Below, one piece after another: positions 14,297 to 30,139 of a DNA stretch of 64,000 nt. The stretch comes from the human T2T-CHM13v2.0 reference genome, Homo sapiens: assembly GCF_009914755.1 (NCBI RefSeq), contig NC_060942.1; one strand, 5' to 3'. A model generated the notes under the pieces. It saw only the letters and a program-made list of their open reading frames with translations. It ran no database searches and had not been told where the DNA came from. Position 1 is the stretch's first letter. Each line of letters opens with the position of its first letter. The position numbers and the translations under genes are program-made.

Positions 14297-14842
14297 GAAT
14301 TTCTTCAAGTCTTGAATGGGAGCCCCATCCTAGGACACTTGTTTGACAGCAAGGTGAAAATAAATCATGATACAGTCACAAAATAGATACAGCTACACAA
14401 AATGAATGGACTATAGCCATATATCGAAATAGAAAAATAAAATAATATCAAAGTGATATAATAGCAAAACAATATTGAGGAACCAAAAATATTGAGTGGG
14501 AAAAAGTCTCAGGAGATTACATGTAGAATGATATTCTTTTTAAATGAAATTCAGAATCAAACAAAATGAAAAATGCATTCAAAGCAAAATACAATTTAAA
14601 TACATATATAGGTATAATATATATATATACATATATATAAATAAAACTATGTTTTAAAAGGAAGAAAATTATAACACAAAACCTAAGATAAATATTACCT
14701 TGGATGGGGGAGACCAAGTGAGGGAGGAAGGGCCGACATAGGGCTATGACATTCTCTGATACATTTAATCATATTCCAGTTCTCAGATTGGGTTGTAGGC
14801 ATATGGTGGTCATAATAAATGAATTACTAAGTAAGTAAATAA

Positions 14843-15195
<353 letters not shown>

Positions 15196-15810
15196 TCAAC
15201 AAGCTTTTAATAGGTATCTACTATGTGCCAGACATACAGCTGAAAACAAGACATAAGCCATCCTTTGTGGAACTGCCATCCTTATTTAGGAAACATAAAC
15301 TAAAGGAATAACAAATAGATGTATTATAAAATGTCAGGTCGTGCTAACTCCTGTGATGCAAAAGGAAGCAAGACAGTGGGCCAGAGAAGACATGGGGGCA
15401 ATCTTAAATGGGGTGATCAGGGAAGGACTCGCTGCAGAGGTGGCCTTTGAGCAGAGACCTGAGTGGAGGGAGGAAGTCAGCCATGTGCGTGTCTGAGAGA
15501 ATTGTGTTCCAGGCAGAGAGAGCATCAAGGAAAAGGACTCTGGGCCAGAAACCCGCTAAGCATCTTTGAAGAACAGCGAGAAGGTCAGTGAGGGTGGAGT
15601 GAACAAAAATGATCGTAAATAAATAAGAGGTAACCGGGGCCAGCTGGAGAAGGGTCTGGTAGGCTGAGATGAGGACTTTAGGTTGTTTTCTAACCTACTG
15701 TTTCCTTTTCAATAGGAAGCCATTGGAGGGCCTTGAGCAGGCAACTAACAAAACTGCCTTACTTTTCAAAAGCACCTTCCCAGCTACTGTGTGCAAACAG
15801 ACTGTTGAGG
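15196..15810 (-). mobile_element. L2 LINE fragment
   Basis: CTACTATGTGCCAGAC...GATCAGGGAAGG...TTTGAGCAGAGACCTGAG...GAAGCCATTGGAGGG. Confidence 0.8.
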
Positions 15811-18800
15811 GTCAAAATCAGGCCAACCCAATCTCTTCACGCACTGTTGTATGTAGCTCTCTTCCAATCCTGGCAGCCTATGGCCAGATCTCAAACTAAA
15901 ATTGCTTTCAATATGTGTATGAACAAATGTCTGTCTCTCTCTCTCTCTCTCTTTCTCTCTGTCCTTGCAAGAACTTTTATAAACATATGTATATGAATTT
16001 TATGTGTATGTTACAGCTTCAGATGATACACTAAAGATCTGGAAGCTGTTGAAAATGCATAAAGCACTTAACCTGCATATAAGTGTGTCATGTACTTTGA
16101 GGGTTAAAAATTAATTACACTTTATTCTAAAAACAGAGGCATTAGCACATGAAAATATTTCACTAATTGAAGGTATGAGCTTGTGAAATGAATGCATGTT
16201 TATGAAAAGCAATCTCATTTTATTTACTGGGAGCCTCTGCATGAGGCAAGTCCTCTTGGCCAATCAAATGCATCAACTTCATGCATAGGCCGATAGACAA
16301 AAATACAACTTGTAGATAGGTCACTATGTTTTTACTCCGTGGTAGACAAATCTATCTGGAAGCACAAAATGACACTAATCCCATACCTGTCATGGTATTC
16401 CCTGGGTTTTCTCTCATTGGGTGAAACATATTTTTTAATGATGGGGTACACAAACACTTATGAAGAAGTTGTTTCTGTGTTTGTAGATCATCCTTGGGAA
16501 TCGCTATATCACAGTATTACACAAATCTACAAATTATTTCCAAGACTTAATTTGCCCAGGGTTATCTTCCTCAATGCTAGAAGTCTCGTGAGCAATTTAG
16601 GTCTTATATTACTTTGCAGCAAATATTCCCATTCATTTCAGAGATATTCCTCCCTTCTCAAATTTCCACTCACTCCTACCGATAATCTGCCAAACTCTCT
16701 ACAGGGTTCCAAGTTTTGAGAACCCAGATAAAGGCCCTTTGCATACCTGCCACTCCCAAGGCCCAGCTAAAGTCCTATCAGTCCCAGGAGATCGTTGGTT
16801 ATCTTTCTCTACAAATGCCTGCGGAATTAGTCACCAGTGCTACTCAGTCTCGCATTTAGTTTTAGTGTTGTTGTTTCACTCTTGCGTAAGGCCAAAAGTT
16901 TTGGCACAGTTTGATGCTAAATTGTCACTTTTTTTTTTACATTTTTATTTTATTTCATCAGGTTCTTAAGAAAGTGCTGAACGCACAGAAGATAATAAGG
17001 CATCTGGACTGGAATATGTAAAATTACTTAGATTAAGCGAGTAAACCTGTTTAGTCCTTTGGAAATTATGGAATCTATACGAACAACACAATGTCTTGTT
17101 AAAAATACTAATATTAACTGAAGCTAAATTCTGGACAAGCTGCTACTAATAATTCTAATTAATAAATGTCAACAAAGTAGGCTGGAGTACCAAGTGGGCA
17201 GTCTGTAACATCTTTGGAATTTAGCAGGCATGGACTCTGCATTGCCACATTGCCCTGAGTCCCTGGGACCCCTCCAGGAGACCTGGCCTCTGGGCTCTGC
17301 TGAGCCTGCTCTAGGGAGGACTGTTCTCTTATCTTCAGGCAGGATTTGGCTGTGCATGTCTTCTTTATCTGTGAATGTTCATTATTTCTATTTGTACCTG
17401 AGCCTATATTTATGGATAATCTATTGAAGGAGGAAATATGGCTCAGGTGAGTGGGAATGACAGGGCTGTATTTAATGGCTACAGCAAATAACCTTCTAAC
17501 GGCCGAAAGAGTGTCATATCTCACGGTTATGATGTCTTCAAAAGGTGATATTTCTGGCTGTGTCATCATAGCTGTGAAAAGCATTTTCTCAGCATCTAAG
17601 AAAAATGGGAAGACCGTGGGGTGATGGAGGTGCACTCAAGACAGGCTGGTATTAATCACACGAGCTCAGCCTCAACTTTTGTCTACATTTAAAGAAAGAA
17701 ATTTGGGGTTGGGGGAAGGGTGGGTAGAAAAGATACAGACTTTCCAGTTTTTGAGGTGGGTGTTTTAGAGATATGTGACAGAGACCTTGTCTTAGGAAAA
17801 TAGCTTAGGAGAGCTAATTTTCTGTGAAGGTTCTCACTCCCCTTCTGCACAGCCCTGTTTTTCCAACTTCTGGTTCCAAGTCTATCACCTTATCCCACCT
17901 GCCAACCCTATGAAACCTCCTTATGTCTCCAACCCACTTAAAATGTGAACCGAGTTTCTCCCAATATACTTGGAATCATACTGGATGTTATGAGGACACA
18001 GGAATTACACGACATAATTCTGACCTTTTGCCTCTGGTGAGACTTCCTCCAGAGACACAAATCACACAGAGGCACATACTTTACTTACACTGTAACCCTC
18101 ACAAGACGATGCTCACTGCATAATGTCACGATGAATTTATGTTCTCTATTTTTGTGTATAGGGTTGACTCTGAGAGTTATAGCATAATACTGGGATTACT
18201 TAGGACTCCAGATTTGCCCTCCTGCCTCCACCAATGCAGCTACTAAAAATATGTTTTCTTTCTTTCCACCTTGCTACCTTCAAGACCTAACTCACGTCTC
18301 ACCTCTCTCATGAATCTAGTCCATGTTACTATCTGCCTTTTTTTAAAACATTTTTGCTAATAGTGTCTTAGATTTGTCTATTCCCTAATTTTTGACCCAT
18401 ATTTTAGCACCATGTTGGTTACACAAAGGTCTCTTGTTCACTGATTATTTCATGTAGTTTATCACTGAAAACATTAGAAGCAAGGAAATACTATAGAGTT
18501 CTTTGTACCTCATGGTGTTTAGCCCAAATTAGATTCAGTTAAACTTTCTTTGATTGTAAATTTTGATTTCCAGTTAATGTCCTAAGTTTCTGTCTTTCTT
18601 AACCACACTCTGAATTAGCCATCTCATTATAGTAAACATTAATATATCAATATAGACAAAGAAGCTTTTATTCTCCCTATTTGCCACAAATAAGGAAACT
18701 GAGGCTTAGAATAATATTTTTTGTCCAAAGTCACATATGGTGGCACATAGGAAATTGTTCTTTCAGTGCACAGATTTTTCTCATGGAAAATATACAACAT

Positions 18801-18913
18801 TATAAGGGTATAAGAAAGTGAATGTGGATGACCTCATGTAGCTAATTTCTAGACTATAGTACCAATTTGCATGCATATCACAGAGAAAAGGTCTCAACCA
18901 CAGGAAAGAGTAG

Positions 18914-19267
<354 letters not shown>

Positions 19268-19541
19268 TTTTCCATTATATGTTACTTATTATTATTATTA
19301 TACATTTATTATATCAGAATCATCTGAGAAGCTTTTTTTTTCAAAATCCAAAAACCTGTCCTTCAAGGGCATAATTGAATAAATCAAAAATAAAGAGAAA
19401 GACATAGAAATGTGCAAAAATACTTTGAATTGAATAAGTCTCCAGATGATTCAGATACATCTCCCTTTTCCTGCCCACCAGTGCCTCCAACACACATATG
19501 ACCCCTACCATCAAATCAAGAACCCCAAAGAATATGGGTCA

Positions 19542-19691
19542 GTACAGTTGGCCCTTCATATCCACAGGTTTCACATCCAGCTGCAGATGGAAACTCACAG
19601 ATACAGAGGTCCCACTGCCCTATGCCATTGATTCTGGTGTCTGCTGGGGTTTCTGGAACCAATCCCCTACAAATACAGAGGGCAAACCGTG
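19542..19691. mobile_element. MER2/Tigger-type MITE remnant
   Basis: TACAGTTGGCCCTTCATATCCACAGGTT...CTGGAACCAATCCCCT...GAGGGCAAACCGT with degenerate TIRs. Confidence 0.75.
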
Positions 19692-21519
19692 CTCAGTTCT
19701 TCAAGTAGAATTTAATCAACAAGCATGATTTGATTCTTTGTTATTATTTTGTTAGTATGATGATAATAAAAATGACTGGTCTCTTTCCAGTATAAACAAG
19801 TTTCTTAGATACGGTTCTGTAATTTTTCTGGCTAGTAGCCACAGTAGTGGCATGACTACAGAGAGACTAGGGCATGCCATATAATAAAGAAGGAATGTTG
19901 ACACAAAAGAGCACAGCTACCTATGTCATCCACAAAATATGTGATGCAGACGGTGCATGGAAAGTTCGATTGCTGCTTCTTTGGGAAATGTGACAGAATA
20001 CCTTGTGGTTCTGTTGCTGAGGAGAATTGTACTTATCCCAAGTAGAGGGCAGCAAAGTTTTGGGGGACAAGTCCCCTCATCATGCCTGTGTCTCTGCAAA
20101 CAAAAGCTTAATAGGAATTAGGACCTCTTTTCCCCAGCTTCAAAAGAGAGTACCCTTTACCAAGCTACACAGACAACAACTGAAGAGTTTCCTCTTAAAA
20201 ACAATTTGCAACTTGCAAAAGTCATTGTTTAGCTCTTGGATTTCACCAAATCTAAACAAGTTGGAATAACTTGAGTAGAGAGCCTGCTGGAAAATATTAC
20301 AGGCTATACTCCATGCATACATAAGCCTTAAATCAAAGGCAAGACAGGTAACTTGGTTGTTTGTTTACCAGGGTTTCCATAAGCACATAGGAACAATATC
20401 CCATTTATTGTTCAGCTTTCTTGTTTCAAGCTATGTATAAATGTTTTTATTCATCTCAGCCCATATTTTTCTGTTAGAGTTTCTGTTTTTAACGAACATT
20501 TGGGTACTGAATACAGTGAAATTTTAGCTATTTATGAAAAAATGAGAGGAGTGAAGAGTTCAAGAGAGTTGAATCTTATACATAACTGGGCATTTAAACA
20601 TCATTTATTTTTGTTTTCGCCACCTTTTTATGAAAATCTTTATTCTTCTCTACCTTTCTAACCTGTTGGATAAGTACTTTTTAAGGATGCAGTCTGGTAC
20701 AGCAAAGTCATCATAGTTTATTGGGTATGTAGATGTGTATTTCTGGAGAAAAGCACTCAGCTACCATGCTCTACATTCTTGTGTTTACTTTATATGGTTC
20801 TTTTCTCAGGCCATGATCTGTCGCTTTCACTAAGTAGCATATCTAACTAACTCATTCCCTCCTCTAACTCTACTCTTATATTTTCCATGAAATCCAAGCC
20901 TAACCAGCTATCTGGGGGCTTTCAAGTGGCTTCTAAAAAGTCAAGTGCTCAAACTTTCATATAAATATTTGTGCAATCCATTTTGTTACCAAGAACAATT
21001 GTTTGCTTCTTTCTGTTTCTATGTTCTGTGTTCTGACAGTGAGATTAGAGACAGTAAAATTCCAGATAGGTAAGACGTAACTGACCTCTGTAAACTATCT
21101 TTCTTTTTCATGCACCTACTGACTTAGTTGAATTCTCACAATGACAATAAAGGAAGTAATCATCTAATAACAGCTACCATCCATGACACGTCTGCCAATG
21201 CCAGCTCTTCAACCTGAATGATTTCAATAGATAGTACTGCTCCTATGGGTAATACACTTTTAAGAGTGGGAACTGAAGTTCTTGGAAATGAAGGTATTCA
21301 TGGAAGATCACAAAGCTTGTTAGGGGCAGAAATGAGATTTGAACCCAAATGTGGCTGTGTCTAACGCCTGTGTTATTTCCATTGTACGATGCCACACATA
21401 GTAATTGAAAACATTTTAAACTGTGACAAGATTTGGGATTGTATTTTCCAGTTTCTTAGCCAAACCTCTTAAATATTATACTTTCAGAATATGCAGTAAC
21501 TGTTGTATATGGATTTTAT

Positions 21520-22780
21520 TTTTAGTTTATATATAATAACAGTACATATTGATGGAGTACCTGTGAAATCCTAACACATGTATACAATGTGTAATGATCA
21601 AATCAGGGTAATTGGGTTATCCATCATCTCAAACATTTGTCATTTCCTTATGTTGGAAAAATTTTATATGTATTTTTTAAAACTGCCAAGTGAAGCTATT
21701 ATTCTGAAGCTCCTGAAGAATAATTCTTTATATCAGAAATAGAAGAAATTCTTGATATCAGGAAATAGAACAGAGTAGCACAGGTTACTGAGGAAATTCT
21801 GGATTCCCCTCATGGATTTTGCCCTATGTGTGCGTGTTTTATTTATTTTTTATTGAATTATAAATAGGTAAATGTTGACATGGTTCAAAAAGCAAACAAG
21901 AAATTTGAGAAAATGTATAGAGTTAAAAGTCTCCTTCCCTTACCTATTTTCTTTGGCCCCACATCCAACAACCTTCATAGGTCACTGACAAGCTTGTATA
22001 TCTTTCCAGTATTTGTGTAGGTCGATGTAAGCATTGTGTTTTTGAAAGATAGCATAATATATATCCTTTGTTTACTTCACTAACAATATACCTTGGAGGT
22101 TTTTCCGTATCACTAAATAGAGAGGATCCTCATTCTTTTCTATCTGGTTTCAGTGTATTCTATTTTATGATGATACCATGATTTATTTGAACAGTCTCTC
22201 AATGCAACTTTGGGTTGTTTCCATTTGTTTGTTCCTCTAAACCAAGCCTAAATGAATTACTTCGAACAAAAGTTATTTTGGACTTATGCAAGCCATAGGA
22301 TCAATTATCACAAATAAAACTCTGGGTCAGAAGGACATACATTTGTAATTTTGGATATTTTTCAATTGCCCTCCAAAAGAGTTGTGCCAATTTTCCATGA
22401 GTGACAGTGCCCATTGCCCCACAACATTGCAGTAAAATGGATCAAATGTTTTGATTTTTGCTTATCTGTTAAGTGAAATATAACATCTCAGTAAAATTTA
22501 AATTTGTACTTACTTCTCTTATTATGAGGGATACAAATAATCTGTTCATATATTTAAGATATTCACATTTCTTTAACTGTGAACTGCTTATTCATTTGCT
22601 TTGCCCTTTTTCCTGTCAGGTTATTAGTCTAAGAGGCCACATATTTTTTTCTAACCTGTCATGTGCCTTTTGACTCTGCTGACGGTAGGGCTTTGTTTTG
22701 TCTTTATAGGAAGAAATCATTTTTTTTTAGCACAATCATAATTATTTATCCTCTCTGGATTCTGAGTTGTGGTTAAATAG
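21520..22780 (-). mobile_element. L1MA 3' end (21520-21665) and older L1M fragments
   Basis: ATGTATACAATGTGTAATGATCAAATCAGGGTAATTGGG is an L1MA 3' end motif; TTGGGTTGTTTCCA. Confidence 0.7.
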
Positions 22781-23082
22781 ACTATTTTTCACCCATTGGA
22801 CAAAGTTCTGGATTTGATGATATCTAAGTTTGTAGCATAGTGTCAAGCACATTAGATAGGACTCAGCAGGCTAGAGTGTTAGGCCTACGTCCACACTTAT
22901 CACTAGGCAAACTTTGTCAAATGATGTGACTCTGGTGGATACCCAGCTACAGAATCAACCATTATCCATCCTCTTGTTTTCTGAATAGTATAAGCAGTTA
23001 GCTCATGAGAGAAACAGAAATGGCTTCGAAACTAAATAGCCAAATTCATCCTAAATTGAGAATAAATGGTCCCAGGAAATTA

Positions 23083-23458
23083 CATATTAGTAAACCTGGG
23101 ATGCCAAAACAAGACTGGACGGTTTTACCAACAGAAATTTATTTTCTCACAGTTTTAGAGGCTGGTAAATCCAAGATCAGTGTGGTGGTGAATTGGATGT
23201 CTGATAAGGGCTCTCATCCTGACTTGCAGGCAGCCAGCTTCTCACTGTGTCCTCATGTGGCGGAAAGAGAGGGAAGAAGACATTTCTGGCTCTTCCTCTA
23301 CGTAGAAGTCCACCAACCCTATCAGATTAGGGCTCCACCATTATGTTCTCGTGTAACCTCAATTACCTCCTGAAAGCCCTATGCCCAGATATAGTCACAA
23401 TAGGGATTAGAGCTTCAATGTGGGTATTGGAAGGGGGCGCTTAATTCCATCCATAGCA
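23083..23458 (-). mobile_element. MaLR solo LTR (MLT1A-like)
   Basis: AACAGAAATTTATTTTCTCACAGTTTTAGAGGCTGG...TCCAAGATCA...CCATAGCA. Confidence 0.85.
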
Positions 23459-26400
23459 AACTGGATAAACAAATTAACCAACTTTGCAATGTAGAAGCAA
23501 ATTCCTTCAAATATAGATCAAACATCAATACATGAATCTTTCAAAAGCATTAGAATGATCACATCAGAGCAGTAAAGCAAAAGTATCATGGTTAGAATCC
23601 TGAGGTTCTATCTTAACATTTATTTCGTTTTGGTTTAACTTCCTTTTTTACAATGAAGTACAGATGAAGGGAGTGGAGAGTGAAGAATGTGTTCCCCAGA
23701 AAAGCATCTTAAGAGAGTCTGAAGCTTGGATGTGAGCAGCCCAAATCAGGCCTGATGCTGTGCACCTGCTCAGCTTTGCACCAGGGAAAGCTGCTGGCTT
23801 ATCACCACCTCAGGCTTTCTCCCATTCCACATCTTCCAGAAATCCCCGGCTCCAAAAACTCAGTTTTCAATTCATGTGGCAGGTAGAAGAGCCAGACTAC
23901 AAGTACAGTAAAAATATCATGAGGATTTTCACTGGCAAAATGCAAATATAAAAAAGTAACAACATGCCCTTCATCCACTAATTTTATAATTCTTCTGAGA
24001 CAAGCGATAAAGTTTTTTTTGCCTGGTTTTATTTCTCTTTCTTTATATACACACATAATGTTTCCCATTGTATTCTTTATGTTTACAGATAGTCTCTTTG
24101 CTCCATTACTTTCCTAAATCACATGGAAATCACTTGCAGTGTTTCTAGGGCTAAACGAGAGTAAAAACAGGAAAAAGTGGCAAATTGGATGCCAGGGATG
24201 GCCCTTAAGCAGGCTGTTCTCACACGGTAACATGCTCTCTCCTTCTGAGGCCTGGTTAAATCTTGACTGAACTAATTGGATTATGCAGTGGTCAGTCTGT
24301 TAATGAAAGTGCTGCTCATGTATACAGCACTTTAACTTTCAGAGGATTGCAATATTTACAACCTAATTTTATCCTGATAGTAGCTTGAGTTAATTAACTA
24401 GGCTAAAACCTTTATCCTCATTTTCTAGATGACATAACTAAGGACCTGAGAAGTCTAGATTTATGGTGTCCAAGCTGAAAGTCTAGTTCATGTCTTGGGT
24501 ATCCTGACTTAATTGATCATTTTGGCTTGTGCTACTTGAATTCAGCTTGAAGCTGGCTGAAATGACATGGTTGACCAAACCACTGCCAGTCAGAAACTCA
24601 GCCTCAGGCAACTGCTGCTGAAAGGAAAAAGGAGCCTTGGATCTATGTAGACAGCTACACTAGTCAAGTCTGATCAAATTTATTTATTCCCAGAATTATT
24701 GGATCAAGGTGGTTCAGACAACTTGTGTCTATACAGAGCAAAAAGATACTGAGGAACTAAATCAGTTACCTATAAATTTCTGACTTGAGGGTCCTAACTG
24801 CATTGAATCACTAACATTTGGTTAAGGATTGGCTTCCATTAATAGACATAGGCATTTTCTCCTTGGAAAAAGAAATGTTCTGTGAATAGTCTTTTAATTA
24901 AATAGCCACAATTGTATCATGAATGCCACTAGAGAAGGTAGAGTGAAGGAGTCATGCTAAAGTGGGATCTTAGGGGTGAAAAGTGGGATGATGGACATAC
25001 ACAATAAGTCAGAGAGGCAATAAAATAAAGTGACTGTAACAAGAAAACCATGAAGAAGGCATCAAACCCTACATGGGCTGTAACCATACTTGTAATGATC
25101 ACTTAGTTGCTCCTTTCAACCATGAAATGTCAGGCATGGAATCATAGAATTTCAATCTTTAAAATTCCTGTATGGTTAATATTTTTCTCATGACATTTGT
25201 CACATCACATATATTTAAAGAATTTGAAAAGTACAAAGAAGAAAAGAACATTCATCCATATTCCTACCCATCATTAGACACCTTGGTGTCTTTAGGGTCC
25301 TATCCTCCACAAATCAGTTCCCTGATGCTGATACTGGTTCCTCCATGTGTCCCACAGCAGACTCACCCAGGACTGGACTTGAAAACCCAAAAGCTTTCCT
25401 TGCTGTCTGCCCTTATCTAACCACTGAAGCCTTGTGTTCTGTTCTTTCCCCTCCAGGCTTGGTTTCCAGATTTCCAAGAATACAGCCAGCTACTCTGGTA
25501 ACCAATTTGTGCCAACATGTTGATTAATGGATACAAATGTGCAAATCACACCAACCTTTCTTCTCTCCTGGGTGATCTGTATGTTTTAGCTGTGAGATGC
25601 CTTCTGGAGCTGTAAGGCTTGATGCAATGGAAATAGCCATTGTGGAACCCAACCGAGAACTCTTTGGTAGCACCCGCATATCACACTAAATAGGCAACCA
25701 CTTGTTGCAACTAACACTTAGTCAGCTTCTTTTGCCAGATGGTGAAAGCCGTAGATAAAAGAACCCAGAAATCCAACCCAAACTAGTTACTGAAAGGGCC
25801 CGGATAAAACTTGGCTCCACAGATGCTCATGAGCTGGGAAATGGCAGGCAAACATGCAGTGAGTTATGGAAGTCATGCAACAGCCCTGGCCTTCTCTGAG
25901 ATTCATTTTTTTGCAGAAAGGATATAGTAACAGCTAAATTGGGTCAGATCTGCTGCAGTGGCTGGAATAAAATAACAAAGACAAAAGCTTGCTGTGCAAA
26001 GAATTATAGGACACATGAAACCCCATGAGACTATCTATGCTATTATTCACCAAGGCGAGCCTTAGATGTACCCGGAGAGACGTCTGCCTTCACCACAATT
26101 CTGGGTTTCAAGATAATGATGTTGGATGTTCCAGCCTCAGAACTGTGGTGAAAACTCCTAACATCATACCAGTGTCTTTGCATATCCCTGGCTATTGGGT
26201 TGGTGATAAAATAAAGGGAGCACTCTATACCTGCTCCAAACGGCTTTTGGCTGAGATTCTAACATTATAATAGCATTGGAAATTAACAATGTGCTAGAAA
26301 TGTTTTGTCTATATTATGTAAACTTTATAATAACGATGAAGACAGATATGTATTTACAGAAAGAGAAACTGACTCCCCAAATTTTTACATAATGGGCTTG

Positions 26401-26532
26401 TGGTCATACTGTTAGCAAAGGGACAAAGCTAATATTGACATTTGGGTCTACATGGCCCTGAAGAACGTCTTTTTATTATTATGCCAAGTTATTTCTAAGA
26501 TGCAAATGAGTCTGTGGAAATTCAAAAGATGC

Positions 26533-26825
26533 TTTTTTTTTGAGACCGAGTCTCACTCTGTCGCCCAGGGTTGAGCTCAGTGGCATAATCTTGGCTGACT
26601 GCAACCTCTGCCTCCAGGATTGAAGCGATTCTCCTGCCTCAGCCTCCCAAGTAGCTAGGATTACAGGCGTCCACCACCATGCCCAACTATTGTTTTTGTA
26701 ATTTTAGTAGAGACGAAGTTTCACCATGTTGGCCAGGCTGGTCTCGATCTCCTGACCTCAGGTGATCCACCCGCCTCGGCCTCCCAAAGTGCTGGGATTG
26801 CAGGTGTGAGCCACCACACCTGGCC
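26533..26825 (-). mobile_element. Alu (AluSx-like)
   Basis: Alu consensus; imperfect TSD AAAAGATGCTTT / AAAAATGCTTT. Confidence 0.96.
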
Positions 26826-29046
26826 AAAAATGCTTTTCTTTTAGTTAGTCTCCATAAAGGTTGTATGATACTCACCCAGAGATTAAAGGCAATACACAGA
26901 TGGAATGGCAATTCATCATAACTTCCAATTATTTAATTCACCTTCAGATTTCCACCCGTCAACTTCCTTTATTCCTTAAAATATCTGTGAGGTTAAAACA
27001 CAAAATGTAAATGGTAGAAGAGGTTCAGCACAAATCCATCTTCCCCATCACTTTCAAAGACTACTTAACCTCCACCTAAGACATTCTGAGTTTGTTAAAT
27101 GATAAATCCAAGTCAGCCAGGGGTCTCCAGAGGCCTTTTTGCTCTGTTCAGGACTACAGTTAGATGACTTCCAATTATTTTCCCCTTCCTAAGGATTCAC
27201 AAAGATCAGTGTGTTACCTGAATGATGAGGCCAGATACTCTGAATTCAGATTTAGCATTTCCCAGTTTCACCCCTTCCCTCTCCATCTCAACGTTGTTTT
27301 TTCCAAGGAGTCTGTTACTTCCCTAGTAACCAGAGTAGGACAGGGCAGGTGCCATTCCCACTGTAGGGTACATGCAATGAGAGGAAGAAATTAACACCCT
27401 TACATATATACAGGGCAGTCCATTAATAGTCTAAGTTGAATTAATTAAGGCAATTACTAGTTTTCCCCTAAAAAGCAGAACACTTTAAACTCAGGGGGAA
27501 AAAACCAGAAAGTAGAAAAATATTATCTGAAGAAAGAGGCTATTTAAAAGCATGGAGCCTTGGAAAGTGCTATAACTCCTGGCAGATCTTGGAGGGCTCA
27601 GGAATGGGTCTCATGTTGCCTGAAAAAAAAATAATTTAACCTGGTTTTGCCTGGAACACTGAAGATTAACTCATGATTTGCACATAGAATAATCATTAAG
27701 GCAAAAGTTTTCACCTATTGATGATCTTTGCTCTAGAACTAAAACTTTACTGTAGAACAAAAACTAAAATCGATGTTCCCTATTTGCCAATTTTACACCC
27801 TTTGAGGTGTTAACCATAAATGTGTAAGCTTCAGATTTTCATTTCAGGTACAAACTAATATTTTAACAGGAAACCTCTGGTAACAATGTCATAACACAAT
27901 AAAATCAGTCTATGGATACTCATTTCACTTAATGAGGCAGATAAGTTTGGCTAGGAAGGGCCATATAGTAATATAAATTCTCCTTAAGAACCAATCAAAA
28001 GTATGTAATGTGTATTGACTTTGGAATTCAAGCACAATGAAACCTTACTTACTCTGCATAATGTGGTCATTATTACTACACTATTAGTTTATTGAGCCAC
28101 AGGAATATTAACATTATATCCTGTTGAAGAGCCTTGATTAGTTAGGAGTAGGTCAGAGAGTGAAAGTAAGTGAAGAAAATTCTAACCTAACAGTTAGAAA
28201 CTACAAGAGCGTTGATTTTTTATGTAAAATATGGGTAGATGATCCTGGACTGACATAGTACTCTGAGATACCATGCTCCTTTAGTGCATAGTCTCAATCT
28301 CTTGGTCCAAGTGGCAGCAACTGCATTCTAGGTACTGTGTTAGTATGGAGAAAAGAAATGTCAGGAAAGGCATTTCCTGAAATTGTATATACCACTTTTA
28401 CTATCATGACATTGGCCGGAATCATTCGGCCATGACTTGGTGCAGAGGAGGCTGGAAGTGTAATCTTTATTCCCAGTATTCATAAAAAATGTGGAAATTC
28501 TATTATTTTGGGGGAAGAATGAGTGAATTGACATCAGGTTATTTACCACAAGCTCTATTAAGAATTAGGCAAAAACTGGAAGAGAAGCCATCAAAGCTCA
28601 ATGTGTGCATGTGGATGGGTGAGAAGGTGTGTGCTTTGTTTGTATTTTTCATAGCATCTATAACAGACATCTCCTTGCTGATGGGTTTCTACTCAAGAGA
28701 CAAGACATGCATGTGGGGAAAGATATCGAGAGATACAGGTGGGAAACCAGAAGAGCCAATGAGTGATAGAAATGGGATGTGCAGTGGTTCTTCAGAGGAT
28801 ACAGGTTTTACTGTAGTCTTCAGCAGTAGGCTTCTGGGAGGAGTTGAGGGTTGAGGAAGGCCCCTGAAAATGCTGACATTCATAAGTAGGCAGAGAAGAG
28901 GAAGAAAAGACCAGGGAAGGGACATAGAATATTAAGCAATGGCATAAAAAGAAGAGTAAGTCTAATCCGGCTACAATATCCCTGCTGCACAGTGTAAGAC
29001 AAACATTTTTCATTTTTAGTTTCTGTCATTTCAAATATTTATTTAA

Positions 29047-29362
<316 letters not shown>

Positions 29363-30139
29363 TTACAAATACTTCTTTAATGCCCAGTCTGCATCTAATA
29401 CCTAAGAGTCATGCACCTAAGAGCCATGACTCCATTCAGAACCCTTTCCTTGAGAACCACGTAAATTATTCAAATAAATATTTTAGGGAAATATATAAAA
29501 TTATATAAGGCTTAGTGTACAGAATCGGGTGAAATAATGGTGGAAAAGAGCTGAGACATGTAGACCAAACAGAATCAAAATCAATAATTAATCTGAATTA
29601 ACCAGGTAATAGAAAGGAGAGGATTATAGGGTTAAAAATAAAAGACAAAAACCTGATGAACTTAAATAATCATCTCCTCTTGTTTTTTGTCTATGAAGTG
29701 TCAGAGAAGGGTTTCTTCTTTTCTTCCTTCTTTTCTTTTTTTTCTTTCTCAGTGTAGACGTTCCTATTAGACTATAAGCTTGAGGAATGCCAGGACTACA
29801 TCTGTCTTCATTGCTGCTCTACTTCCAGTGCCTAGCAAATTGAAAATGCAAAAATATTTGCTGAATCAAATTGAAATCTTAATCACAAATATGTATATGT
29901 ATGCATTTAAGAATATTACTTGTGTAACACATATAAATGCAAACCCAAATATATATAATTAAAAATAGGCTCATAAACAAATTTGATTGCAGAACACCAA
30001 ATTTTAAAATTTTTTGTACTTATTTAAACAATGACTGGAAGCAGCTCAGAAATGTTTGACTGTATGCAGGTCAATGATAAGAACACAATAGTTATATTTT
30101 GCTGGTAAAGTCATTTTAAACTTGTGAATCATGTACCTA

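Noticed and set aside
17159-17635. 158-aa minus-strand ORF
   Set aside because: GTG start, no recognisable domain; compatible with chance.
24388-24399. 12-bp palindrome AGTTAATTAACT
   Set aside because: AT-rich, adjacent to a MIR remnant, and expected by chance in 64 kb.
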